A stretch of DNA of 63,873 bases, counting the filler. It is 4 parts of 4 records of this genome, joined end to end, with 100 filler letters (N's around TTAATTAATTAA, not from the genome) between each part and the next. Parts side by side here need not be neighbours in the genome. Positions count along the whole stretch, not along the records: positions 16,654 to 31,695 come from SRR2962707_3427; positions 31,796 to 58,487 come from SRR2962707_3429; 2 more parts are not named here. The stretch is one strand, 5' to 3'. Below, in pieces: positions 29,961 through 42,300 of the stretch. The stretch's first letter is position 1. The number at the start of each line of letters is the position of its first letter. The translations under genes and the position numbers were made by a program. The notes under the pieces were generated by a model, which saw only the letters and a list, made by a program, of their open reading frames with translations, ran no database searches and had not been told where the DNA came from.

Positions 29961-29982
29961 GCTAATTCTAAACGATATTTTT

Positions 29983-31608
29983 ATGAAGACCAATTATGTA
30001 AGCCTTTTGTTTTTAATGTTTTTGGGACTGTATGGGTGCAGTTCGGATGATGATGCTGGGAACGGCGGAAGTGAAATGGAGATGGAATATTCCTCTGGAA
30101 CTGCAGATTTTTCAAATTATGTAGCTGTAGGGAACTCATTAACTGCAGGATATACAGATGGTGCTCTTTTTGTATCCGGACAATCAAATTCGTTGCCTAA
30201 TATATTATCACAACAATTTGCACTTGTTGGAGGAGGAGAATTTCAACAACCATTAACTAACGATAATATTGGGGGACTTCTTGCGGGAGGTTTTCCATTA
30301 CCAGGGATTGAAAACAGATTATACTTTAATGGTTCTGGGCCTGCTCGTTTACCTGGGAGTCCAACTACCGATATTGCACAAACCCTTTCAGGGTCATTTA
30401 ATAATATGGGAGTGCCAGGAGCGTTTAGTTATCATTTATTATCTCCGGGCTATGGAAATATAGCAGGTGTAGCAGCTGGGTTGGCAAACCCTTATTTTGT
30501 TCGTTTTGCTTCAAGTCCGTCTACAACAGTAATTGCCGATGCAGTGGCTCAGAAGCCTACTTTTTTTAGTCTTTGGATAGGAAATAATGATGTATTAGGG
30601 TATGCAACTGGAGGTGGTGTTGGAATTGATCAAACTGGAAATCTTGATTATGCTACGTATGCATTAAACGATATTACCGACCCAACCATTTTTGCAGATA
30701 TTTATACTGCTATTGTTTCTGAACTGTCTAAGAATGATGCTAAAGGAATAGTTGCAAATATTCCAGATGTAACGGGGATTCCTTATTTTACAACAGTTCC
30801 TTATGCTCCGTTAGATCCTACTAATCCTGATTTTGGTTCTCAAATTCCAATGTTAAATAACATTTTTGGAGCTTTAAATCAAGTTTATGAGGTGCTTGGT
30901 GCGCCCGAGCGTAAAATAGAATTTGCTACAAATGCCGCAAGTGCTGTTGTAATTAAAGATGAGGCATTAACCGATATTTCTGCTCAAATTGAAGGAGTGT
31001 TAAATGCTAGTCCGACTTTCCCTGCATTTATTTCGCAATTCGGATTACCTGCCCAGGCAGTTCCTCTTGTTGCGAATATATTAGGGCAAAGGTATGGACA
31101 GTCAAGACAAGCAAACGAAGCAGATTTAATAGTATTGCCAAGTAGTAATGTTATAGGAACTGTTAATGTAACCGCATTACAAGCTTTAATGGGAATGGGA
31201 GTCCCGCAGGAATTAGCAGGGCAATTTTCAATAGAAGGGATTACCTTGCCTTTAGAAGATAAATGGGTGTTAATACCTTCAGAACAAGCAAGTGTAAAAA
31301 CAGCTACCGATGCCTATAATATGGCAATTGCTACTATTGCCCAACAAAATGACTTGGCATTAGTAGATGCAAATGCAATTATGAAAATGTTGTCACAAGG
31401 GGGTGGCGTTCCTTTTGACGAATTTATACTGAACAGTAGTTTGGTGTTTGGGGGTGCTTTTTCTTTAGATGGAGTGCATCCTACAGCTAGAGGATATGCC
31501 TATTTGGCAAATAAATTTATGGAAGCTATTGAAAAGAAATATAATGCTGTTTTACCAAGAGTACGAGCGGCAGATTATAATACGCTCTATCCAGCACAAT
31601 TGCCATAA
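29983..31608 (+). CDS. GDSL/SGNH hydrolase lipoprotein
   Basis: Lipobox LYGC, block I VGNSLTAG, block III WIGNNDVL and block V DGVHP. Confidence 0.88.
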   Translation: MKTNYVSLLFLMFLGLYGCSSDDDAGNGGSEMEMEYSSGTADFSNYVAVGNSLTAGYTDGALFVSGQSNSLPNILSQQFALVGGGEFQQPLTNDNIGGLLAGGFPLPGIENRLYFNGSGPARLPGSPTTDIAQTLSGSFNNMGVPGAFSYHLLSPGYGNIAGVAAGLANPYFVRFASSPSTTVIADAVAQKPTFFSLWIGNNDVLGYATGGGVGIDQTGNLDYATYALNDITDPTIFADIYTAIVSELSKNDAKGIVANIPDVTGIPYFTTVPYAPLDPTNPDFGSQIPMLNNIFGALNQVYEVLGAPERKIEFATNAASAVVIKDEALTDISAQIEGVLNASPTFPAFISQFGLPAQAVPLVANILGQRYGQSRQANEADLIVLPSSNVIGTVNVTALQALMGMGVPQELAGQFSIEGITLPLEDKWVLIPSEQASVKTATDAYNMAIATIAQQNDLALVDANAIMKMLSQGGGVPFDEFILNSSLVFGGAFSLDGVHPTARGYAYLANKFMEAIEKKYNAVLPRVRAADYNTLYPAQLP

Positions 31609-31695
31609 AGCAACTTAAATTACAAATTTTGTTATAAATAGAATAAGCAGGTATAATTAAATCCTTCATTGAGGGTTTTATTCCTCAGAGCCTGT

Positions 31696-31795
31696 NNNNN
31701 NNNNNNNNNNNNNNNNNNNNNNNNNNNNNNNNNNNNNNNTTAATTAATTAANNNNNNNNNNNNNNNNNNNNNNNNNNNNNNNNNNNNNNNNNNNN
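31696..31795. other. Artificial contig spacer
   Basis: Same N44-TTAATTAATTAA-N44 linker. Confidence 0.99.
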
Positions 31796-31856
31796 TCATC
31801 ATCATCATCATCATTATCATCATCACCATCACCATCACCATTATCCTGATCATCAT
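31796..31856. repeat. (ATC/CAT)n microsatellite at contig end
   Basis: tcatcatcatcatcatcattatcatcatcaccatcacc...; lies just past the donor at 31901. Confidence 0.9.
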
Positions 31857-31901
31857 AGAACTTGCAGCGTATCTGACAAAACCACAACAAGCACATCGCA
31901 C

Positions 31902-33381
31902 CTGTTGGCGTCAACAGCCAGGAAAGCCTCGTACAGGGTCAAGCCGCGTTCAGCAATCGCTCGGCGGAGAAAACTAACATGCGCTCGATGTTTAAGTGCA
32001 TCGGCCGCGCGCTCGATCTGGAAAATTTGGCGCATTGAACCGTTCGTGGGCTTTAGAGCCATTCGGCGACGACAAGCCATTGAGGACAAGTAAAATTTCT
32101 CACGAAGGTACGGCTGAGTCCGCTGGAGTGTGTGCACAAGTGTGTTGATTGCCGGTTTTGAGAAGTGAGCGTCGTTGTCAAAGAATCTGAATGTTGAATG
32201 CACCACGGCTCGCTGGAATGTAGAGTTCCCGCTTACAGGAGCTGTGATCGTGTTCCGATCACCAGCATTGACTGAACCTGCGGAGTCCCTCTCCACCGTG
32301 GATTCCTGTTAGTGTGTGTGTGAATGTGACACAAGTAGAGTGGCCGTTAGTGTGCAAAAAGCAGGGCCCTTTGTCTTGAGCTGAAACCGACGGACACAAA
32401 GCACCCACCTCTTGTCCAAACAAGTCTTTCCATCGATCTGAGCTGTCAAACACAATTCCGCAAAAGCTGTCTAGACGCTTGTTGTGAATTGCCTGCGTCT
32501 GTTGCTTTTTGCTTGGGTTCGACGTGTCCACGATGGGGGCGGCTGGGCTGTAGCGAAGAGCAATTGCTGAGTCGCTTCCCTCGACAAGAGGTTTCTTAGA
32601 CGATTGTTTCACATGAATGAGGCGACGCAAAGTTTCTGCTTCAGCCAGATTTACAGCCACCCAAAAACGACCTTCCTGCTGCTCAAAAACGCGCCCGCTC
32701 TGCAAAAGACTTTGGAAGGCATCGAATTCCACACACGCCGACCCACCTGTACGAGAGCCGAAAGTTTTCAGGATCTCATCCAGTTGTGTGTTTGATACTG
32801 ACGAAAAAGATGCCATCTCGATGGCATTGCGCAAGTCGGCAGCCGTGAGATGCACACGGCCTTCAAAACTCAAGAGAGTAAAAGCCTTTCGCAATACCTC
32901 CACCTCCTCCTCAGAAACATTAACCACCTTTCGCAAGGCTTCAATCTCGGTGGGGTTGAGAAGCTTTTGACGGACATTTGCCACCGACGGTACCCATTCC
33001 AGCAGCATAACAACATTCTTCAAACGTCGAAGTCCTGTCCAAGAACGATTAAAGTAATTCGTTGAGGCCATGACATACTCAGGGAATTCCATGCTGTTCT
33101 GATGACGCAAATGAAACGTGGACAAGTCGTAAAACGGGTGCAACGCGTCCGACTCTTGTGCTGTGCTGCGTGCGTTCGTCTTCGGATCACCAAGAACAGA
33201 CACTGGCCAATGCGATGGCGCTTCCTTCGTGCGGCTATATTCCCGATCAACAAATTTTTCTACTTCAATTTGTTGATCTTTTTTTGCCTGCACTTCTTTC
33301 TGTTGTTCCTGCTCTTGCTCACGTTCTTGCTCTGTGTCCAAATTAATTTCACGACCGTCAAGCAGCATAAATCGCCCAACC
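31902..33381 (-). other. C-terminal exons of the giant gene: EQE motif and EF-hand-like repeats
   Basis: EQEREQEQEQQKE; LRKAFTLLSFEGRVHLTAADLRNAI...VEFDAFQSLL; LAEAETLRRLIH; LYEAFLAVDAN before the donor at 31901. Confidence 0.65.
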
Positions 33382-36300
33382 TATAAAAGAGTCACAGATT
33401 GTGTCACCGTGACGCAGATAAACGAACAGCAATTAGCAATAAAAAAGAAGTGCCTCTGCAGTTCGAATGCAGTACCTCGTCAAGGATTGCGCTTGAAACC
33501 TCGGTGTCCTTGTCAGCGCGCAAGAATTTTTCGTGCTTGGTCAGCATATTCTGAAGCTTGTCAAGAAAGGGCACAGGATCTGGCACTGCGGCCTCCAGTG
33601 AAAAGTCAATAGCTTCGTCGAACACCTTCAGCTCTTCCGGGCGCTCCTCGGCCACATCTTCCGCATCTTCATTGCTGGGTACTGCACTGCCAAGCGCGGA
33701 TGTGGAAGTGCCATTGGATGCCCGAACCGGGGCGTTTGCAGAAGGTTCCGTCAAACGCGCTTCGTCTTTGTGTTGTGCATCAAAAAGTGCGGACGCCCCA
33801 GGAGAATTGATTGAACCAGGTGAAGCGGGCACGTCCAGTGTTCCCAATGCTCCGGGAGTGGCGCCAGGGGTGGCGGGTACGCTGTCGATACCCGTGAGAG
33901 TGACTGCGGATGCGACTTCTGCAGCATCAAAACTAGAGTTAGCATTGTCCTCGGTCAATTCCTCCAGGCCCGCATCCTCGCCGCTTGCTTCAGCGCGATT
34001 GGTTTCCTGGGCGCAAGAATCCAGCAAGCTTGCAAATGCGGTTTTGCGATACAGGTTTGCAACATTCTGTATGCAAAGCATTGTCCATTGGATCTGTTCT
34101 GTCTGCATTGAACTGATAATAAGCCACGCGGCAATCATCGTCAAACATTGCCGAACAGGCATGCTGGAGACGCGGTCCTGAACGGTGAGGATCTTTGCTG
34201 CCATCAGCTGGCGCTGCATCAGCTCTGCGACTTCGGGAATAATGAACACAGTTACAACTTGGCCTTGGCCTACGTATTAGTAAAAAATACCAACTTTACA
34301 CAGCACCCCGACAACGCTTGACAAGCAAATTGTGCTGGTGCCACAAACAAACCAATGCCTCGCATTCGGTAAGCGCCTTGCACATAGTCACGGAACACCA
34401 TGTCTTTGCCGAGAGTAACTGCCGCACGAGCATTCACACGGTGCTTGATATCCATGCCCGTTGTATGAATTTGATCATAAAAAGCAAACCGCCGTGTGAG
34501 AGGGATCCCGCATTGGTCCTGATTCACAATGCGGCCTGTTGCACGGACGAGAACTTTTTTCTTGTCTTCATCGTCCAAAAACACAACACCATCAAAACCC
34601 TCCAAACCGCGCCTCAACAGTTGCTGTGCAACCTACGAGAACCATGCACGACATTGTCTTGTAAGTCTCAATTGTAATCGAGGCAGAACCATGTGATTTC
34701 AACTTGGGCATGCTTGCCTCTTCATTCGAATACCCTGTAATTAGGGCGCCAGTATCGATGAGCGCATGAAATTCTGGGCTGTGGTTGGCGACCATGTCAA
34801 GCAAACCTTCTATTGTCCACTGCCCTTCCAAATGCTCAACGTCAAAGATTGCAGTATTCAAAATAGTGGACATCATTTTCCCGTCGTCGCCTTCCTCGTA
34901 GTCACACTGCCCCATCTCTTTCGGTAAAAGATCTGAGGGCGTGCCAGAGAATCCGACGCGTCGGCCAAAAAGCATGTCTCCGCCGACCGCTTGCCCACAT
35001 GCTGATATTTTCGTGTGCTGCGACCGCATATGCTTCGGGAAGATGGTGTGTGTTAAATAGTGATAGAGCACGGCTGGGTGATTTCGCCACAAGTGATACC
35101 TGCGAAGAGCCGATGATTTAGCACATGACGGCACGTGACAGAAAAAAAAAAGTCCTTTACTTCACGTACAACTTGTCCATTTGTTCCGAGTTGCTGCGCT
35201 GCAAGTACTTGAGATCCACAACCTCCTTTGAGTCAGACTCTTCATCGTCTTCGGCAGCGTCAACGGCTTTTTGGGCACCAGCAACACAAGTAGATTCGGT
35301 TGTGTGGGGTCCCGCATCATCATTTCCGTCACCGCGAATCGACCCACCAGCGTCAATGACCCACTGTCGGTACCTGAAAAAGCATTGGGATTCAGCTCTA
35401 AGCAAGTGCAGGTCTAGGAAGGTCAACAAGATATTGGTGCAAACGCGTACATCACGCTGGACGGGCGGTCATTTGGTGGGCCGATTTCGTGTGTAAAGTT
35501 GGAGGTAATGAGGTCCATCAAGTCGTTGAAATCTGTTCTCCGTAGGCCTTGATATCGGTACCTGCAGCAGAACGGATCGATGACCCAAACCTCAATTGAA
35601 CCGGGCAGTCGCTGTGCAAAAAATGCTTTGTCTTACGCGAAAATGCTCAGCCCGAGGATAATGTCTGGGTGAGCAAACTCGGACGATTGCGACGGGACGT
35701 CTTTTCCCACGAACGGGACACCAAGCTTTAAGCGAGATGGTGGCAAAAGAGGATCTACCGACTACATTAAAAATAAAGCCAGCAGATTGGTCGGATGGGG
35801 GAGCTAAAGCCAGGAAAATCAGCTTGGGCAAGGTATGGGACGAACCAAAGCGTTAGAGCACTCTTGATCATTAAGAAGCCCAAATGAAACGCGATTAACC
35901 TTCTTCATACAGTGTGGAAGGAATGTGTGAAGCCAATCGTGTGCAAGGTTTAACAACTTCTTCTGATGCACTGGCACCTTGGCCATGACGGATGCAGCGA
36001 GCGCTAATTGGGAAAAGTAACGCCGTTGAGCCATGAGTGTACTTCGCATATGCGCACCAAGTGACTGGAAATGTTTTTTGGACCGCGCTAGATGGTGCGG
36101 CAACCACAGGTTATCAGGGACAGAGAGAGCATACATCACCTTTTCTGCGGAATCGCGAGGTTGTACAATCTAAATGCACACACATTCAGGGAGTGACGAA
36201 GTCAGTGCGTGACACAATTCGCGCCTTGGCTAACAAAGTTACTACTCCCTCCACACCTGAAAGTCTCCTCCGCCAAGCTTAACATAGCCCTCCCATGTTG

Positions 36301-39300
36301 TCACTGCGTCAACAGCCACAGCTCCTGGGGAGTGCGGCACACCTGGTGAGCCTGGTGTCATGAGCGCCCCGTTAAAAGCGTCAATCGAGCCAAGCACAAC
36401 TATGCCAGCGTCGCTGTCCACCAACGAATCAGAGGCATTGCTGACGGCTTCGAGAAGCGCCCCCCAACTTCGAACTTGACCCAAATCAACCTGCACAGCA
36501 CGCCCTCGAAGCCGGGCCCAAACTTTGCTGACCGGTGCCGGATCACCAACTGGTTCCAATTCAGTTTGGTTTTCGGCAAGAGTTTGCATTTTCGATGCAA
36601 ACTTGTCAACGTGCTCCAAAGCGGCGTCAATCTCAGAAATGTCTTTATCGATTGCAATTTTCAACGATGAGAAAATGCCCAGCAGAGTGCCTTGGTGTGA
36701 GTTTGAGGCAGCTTCGTGTTCGTCAGCCAGCTTGCGCTTCTCTGCGTCCAGTCGCTCAACTTCCGCGTGTTTGGCAGCAATTTCTGCAGCCGAAAGAGGA
36801 ACAATTTCTTCTGGTTGCTCGCTTGTGAACGAGCCCTCGACATCAACCCAGCTGACACATTTTGACGCTTTGCTATGAACCTTGCAATAAAAACAGCCAT
36901 CGATGCATGAGTTCTAAGTAAGCAGACTGAACATTTTCGGTTGAGTTCCAGCAACACACACGACGCACCTTGACGCGTGCGGACCAAAAGAACGAACGAC
37001 CTGCGTAGTCAAGAGAGCTTGACGCATCAAATGCTGAAAATCGGTCTGGGGACACAACGCCATGTTTTCGTGTAAACCCAGGGCCCCAGCTCGAGGTTAA
37101 ACCAGCCAAAGCGCCAGATATCTGGTCGACAGTAATCTCTGTCTTCGCGTGGGCATTGAGTTGCATATTGCCGCTGTTTGTACCGAGCGCACCGACCGCA
37201 GAGTTTTGATTATACCCAAAATTGGAGCTAAAACTACCCGAAGCAGGTTGACCAAACCTACCACACGTGCAGCTTGTCACTAAGCCATTCGACGCCCAGG
37301 CACAAACAAGGTGCAAAATCAATACTAAAACGTCCAATGAACGCACTTGCTGTTGAAACCCCCAAATGACGGCTTTCCGAAGGAACTTTTGCTGCCAAAT
37401 CGATTCTGGCCACGGCTGGACTGCTTCGCGTAGTTGCACACGTCGAAGATGGCACAGCGAAATTTCTTGCTCACATGCAACTCTTGGATGCGCGCTGTAG
37501 CCTCTTTCACGGTGTCGCATTGGCGTACATAAAAACCCATGGACTCGAGATCTGAGCACAACGTGCGTACATCAGCTTCACCGCTACCAACAGCAGCCTT
37601 AGAACCAGCACGATTGCCACTTGCAGCGGACGCAAAAGCTGATGACACCACCACAACAACCTGTAGTTCCCATAACACTCTGCGTAACTCAAGAGTAAAT
37701 CGCATCCTCGTCGCGCAACCAAGCCCAAGATTCAAACAGCACTTTTGTTACCTGGTTGAACATGGAGTCATCCGGCGGGCATTCAACGTTGTCAATTTCA
37801 GCCTTCAGCTTCGTAATGCGCCCGAGCATTTCGCCCATAGCTTCCCCATGGGCTTTAAGTGTGTCATCGCGCGATGCCTCGGCTGAGAAACTGAAAAATG
37901 CAAAAAATGCAAATCAAGCGCGAGCCATGCTCCAGTCAACAGAACACCAGCTCCAAAAAAAAACCTTTAGGCCAAACCGCTTCACTTACACATCGTTGAT
38001 CATTTGCAGACGCAGGCTACATCGCTGGATGCCCGCCTCAAAAAAGGCTTCTTGCTGCTTGTAGTACGGCGCAACGTGGGCAGTGGCGCCAAAAGTCTGA
38101 CTGAGGCGCTCTGCGTCCTCTCTGAGGTCATTCAACACTCTGAGTGACAAACTGCGTGCTGCTGCACCATCCATGATGTATCGAATCTATCATCACAATT
38201 CGGCCGCCCAGCTCGAATTAAGAGCGATTCAAACGCAACAATGGCGCAAGCGTATTGAAAACATTTTTTTTGTCATGAATACATACCGCTTCAGCGCGAT
38301 CCACCCCGTGCAGATGGTTTTTTTGCAGCCACAAAAAGGCCCATTCGGCCAGAATGGGCTTGAGCACATCAAAGTAAAACTCGAAGTCAAGAAGCGTGAT
38401 GTGGGGCAGCCGCTGCAGCGACCGACGCTTGTACCCATCCACCACCGCCATTTTGAGTTGCCTTAAGATTGTGAGGGCGGCTGATGACGCTTCGAATACA
38501 TAGCTGGGTATAAACCGTACATGAAGAAACAGAAAACAGAATGTTCAGCACAGACTCTGGCAGGCACGGGGACAACAACACAACACACGAGAAAAAATGG
38601 GAGAGCGAAGCACATACAGCTTGCTATCGAGATCGTTACTCGCATAGAAAATAGCGTCGATGAGATGAATTGGCAGCGACCATCGTTCCCCGCGTTCCGA
38701 CCCATCTAAGTCGAACTTGGCACCAATGGGAAAGTTCAGCTCTGACTTGAGCGGATGCAAAATCAGGTCAACCTCGTCCAATAACATGACACCTCCGCGG
38801 AACAGTCGTAATACCTTGGTGAACTCGCGCACCTACGAAGAAAGGAACACGCAAAGTGTGGGTAACAGTTGCACAACAACCTGAAACCAACAATATTCTT
38901 TTGCAACATCATTCAAAGGTCAGCATGCCTTTTGGTTCTGTCGGTCCTTCGCCACCTTTTTCGAAAGTTCTGCTTTTGCGTTGAGTGCTTCAATGAAGCA
39001 CAGCATGATGGATTTCACTGACGTGGGCGTTGCGACAACAACTCCGCGATTTTCAACGCAATTCTGAAGAGCGCGATACCTTCATTGGTGCGAGCAAGAT
39101 TAACGAGGCAGTTCACTTTGGGGCAAGAGATCCAACCAGTCACGCCATGGACTCACATTGCTGGACGGATATGGGAAGAGCGATCAAATTTCAGTGTGTA
39201 AATGCGTTTCGCCATAATGTTGGCGAAAGTCTCACGCATCAACGTTCGGCTCATTTCGAGTAGTGCTCGGGGAACAACCGACAAAACGAGACTGTGACCG

Positions 39301-42300
39301 TCCGCCAGCATGAGGGCCAACATAGGTGCAACAACTGTAGTCTTGCCCTGACCCATAATCATTTGCTTCACCTTGGAGCGGCCACTCGCCAGTGTCTCCA
39401 TAAAGTTGTCGACGATAATGACCTGTCCGGGAGTGCGAAAGAAAAAACATACCTTTAAGTGGCAATCACCACAAGCAAAGTGCACAGCTGCCCAGGAGCC
39501 TCAAGGCGCGCACCTGGTTTTTGCGCAACAGGATATTCCATACAAATTCGAACACTAGGAAGCGTGGATCATACTGCAAGGTTGTCTTCGGTGAACTTGG
39601 CGGTGCAGACTTGCTGTTGACAAAGTGCCGCTTAGTCAGTAGAAGGGATGCAAAAATTGAGCACGACTGCTCGATGTTTGGACGAAGAGCAGCATGATCA
39701 GATTTGGCTTCGGCAGTTGAAAGGTGCAAAGCGTGGTCGATACGGTCCAAAAGGTTGTTTCCCGCAACAATGCATCGGTTTGTATGCCCCAGCCGTGAAC
39801 CACGCAATATACACGCAACCGACACGTCCAAAATTGTCTGCGTCAACTCTTCTGCAATAAATGGGTTCACACCCCGCAAATCTTCAACGTCTTTGGTCGA
39901 CAACAAGGATCGATACCTAAGCATGTCCATTGGATGCATGTGACAAACAATGGCAAAACTCGGACAAAGAGTGTTCGTTGCAAAACGCGAGGCAGGTTGC
40001 AAGCACAACCAACTTACAACAAGTTCATTCGAATGTGCGACTCTTGCCCTGCTAAACGCTGCAACTTAAATTTCAGCTTTTGTTGCACTGCATCTGCTTG
40101 ATCTTTGCACTTGCCGTCAAAGAGCACCGCTGACTTCAAACCAACGTTGTTGGCTGCGGCTTCCACGAGTGGAGGTGTTGCCTGGGCGCCAGTTGAACAA
40201 AAGAGCAAGTCAGCAATTCAATTGTGGCAAACGAGCGCGTTTTTTGCCAGGCTATTCACACGACGCAACACAATACCTCAACGATTCGGGCATCTTCCGC
40301 CTTGAGTTTTTCCAGTTCGCGAACCACTTTCACGATTTTCCCGCGAGCACGCCGCAGTTTTTTCTGTGCAGCTTTGTGGCGCAATGAGTCCCCTGAGAAC
40401 AAATCGTCAAACAGCTGGGAAGATAACTCGGCGACAATGGCTTTTCGTCGATTTTTGCGCTGCTCCGCAACGAAAGCTACGTCCTTTTCCATGCGAGTGA
40501 TCATCTAGGTCCCGAACAGAAAGACAATGGAAAATTTAGTGCCGCGTCAAGTTGTGGTGCAAGCCAACATTGTGAAAACACATTTAGAGTGCAACAAACC
40601 TGTAAAGCGACTCCACTTTTTGCATCGGGGTGGCGGCTTACATCGAACGGAAGTCGCGAAAAATTCCCGTTGTCACCATCGCCAGAGGCATGCTGCTCGT
40701 AGGACAGCACGCCCAAAACGGTATCGTGGTCTTGCAAGGGGTGCCCTGCGAGCGCATCCAGCGTGCTTTGAGATGTCGTGTATGACATGCACTCTTGATG
40801 CGATACTTGAATTTTTTCCATGTTTGACTCAAGCTGCGCCAAAGTAATATCGCCTACAACCAAGGAATCCAACATTAAATCCCAAAACTCGCATAACTCA
40901 CGAATTGCACAAACTTCGCTGAAAAAATGAGCACCTGCACCCTTCGGCGTGGCTTTCTTGTCGCTTGTCTGGGCATCGGGTTGCTCGTCATCAAGGTCTT
41001 CTGAATCATAGCCCGATGTTTTATTCTTTTTGTCAACTTGACGCGAATCATCGTCATCAAAAATTGTAACGTCAATACTTTGGCCAAGAACTTGGCGCTC
41101 TGCAACCGTCGAGCTCTACCACAGAACCAAGCAGATTAGCGCAGGTTGAATGACATGAGCGCTTCAAGCAAAGCAAAAAAAAAACAAAAAAAAACATATC
41201 CCGTTCAAAGAAACGCTTGCGAACATGCCTGCACTATGGCGGCTGTTAGAGCCACGAGCGTTGCTGGACCCGCGCCTTCAAAAACATGAACAGCACGGTC
41301 AATGTTGCTTAAAACTTTCTTGCCGTCCCTTTGTACCATTCTTGGACGAAGAACAACGATGCTCGGGAGCTTTTTCACGCGGTATCTAGTGCAGAATTCA
41401 TTGCAGAAAAGCTCAACACGCCAGCCCCTCACATTTCAAGCTTCCAAACACAATTGCACAAACCCCATAAATAAGATGATTCCGGCACACATACCTTTCA
41501 GCAAGCCCGTCGCAGTCGTCAATATCCACGGAGAACACACGAACAGTCGGAATTTTCAACGCAAAAATCCGCATGGCTGGAGCAAGCGCTTGGCACTGTG
41601 GGCACCAATTTGCATGAAATTTGACAACTGCAAGCAAACCGTCCTCACTCGCTCCATCGTTGGCATTGCTGTCTTCACCCACGCCGGACACGGCAACGTG
41701 TTTCATGGCGTCTTCGAAGCTTTGCATAGTGTCCACCTGCAATCAGGTATGGAACAGGAACGTACTTGAAGAAAAAAGTGGCAAGATGCAAACTCATCTC
41801 GCATGAAACACCGAAAACATGGCTACTGCGATGCTATTGCGTTCGAAAACCGACCTCTTGAATTGGCATTGGAAGTAGGCGCGTGCTGTTGGTGTCTGTA
41901 AGCGAACTGAGAATTTGCCATACGTTGGATGAAACACTGCTCTGCGTCTCGTGCTTCAGCAAGTCGAAGAGTCTTTCGTACGCGTTCGCGGTGACTGGTG
42001 CGAGGAACCGTTTGGCTCGACTAAAATCTGTCACTGTCAGTTTGTTTTTCTTGCTTCCAAAGCCTCCAGCAAAAACGGACTTACGAAGGAGCACTGGAGC
42101 AGCACCCAACGTTTCTTGAACTGGCAAGTCCTCGGTCTCGAAAACTTTAAAATCTCGACGCGGCATCATATGTTTGGGGATGTTGCAGCGAGTTGGGTGA
42201 GGCTTCAACTCTGGATAAGGAGGTTTCGGCGGCGCCTTTAATACACCACGAGCCTTCTTTAACTTGTCAAATAGCCGTGTAACAAGCAGCATATGCCGGC

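Noticed and set aside
31796-31856. Poly-His/Asp coding tract
   Set aside because: It lies beyond the splice donor at 31901, so it is most simply an intronic microsatellite that broke the assembly.
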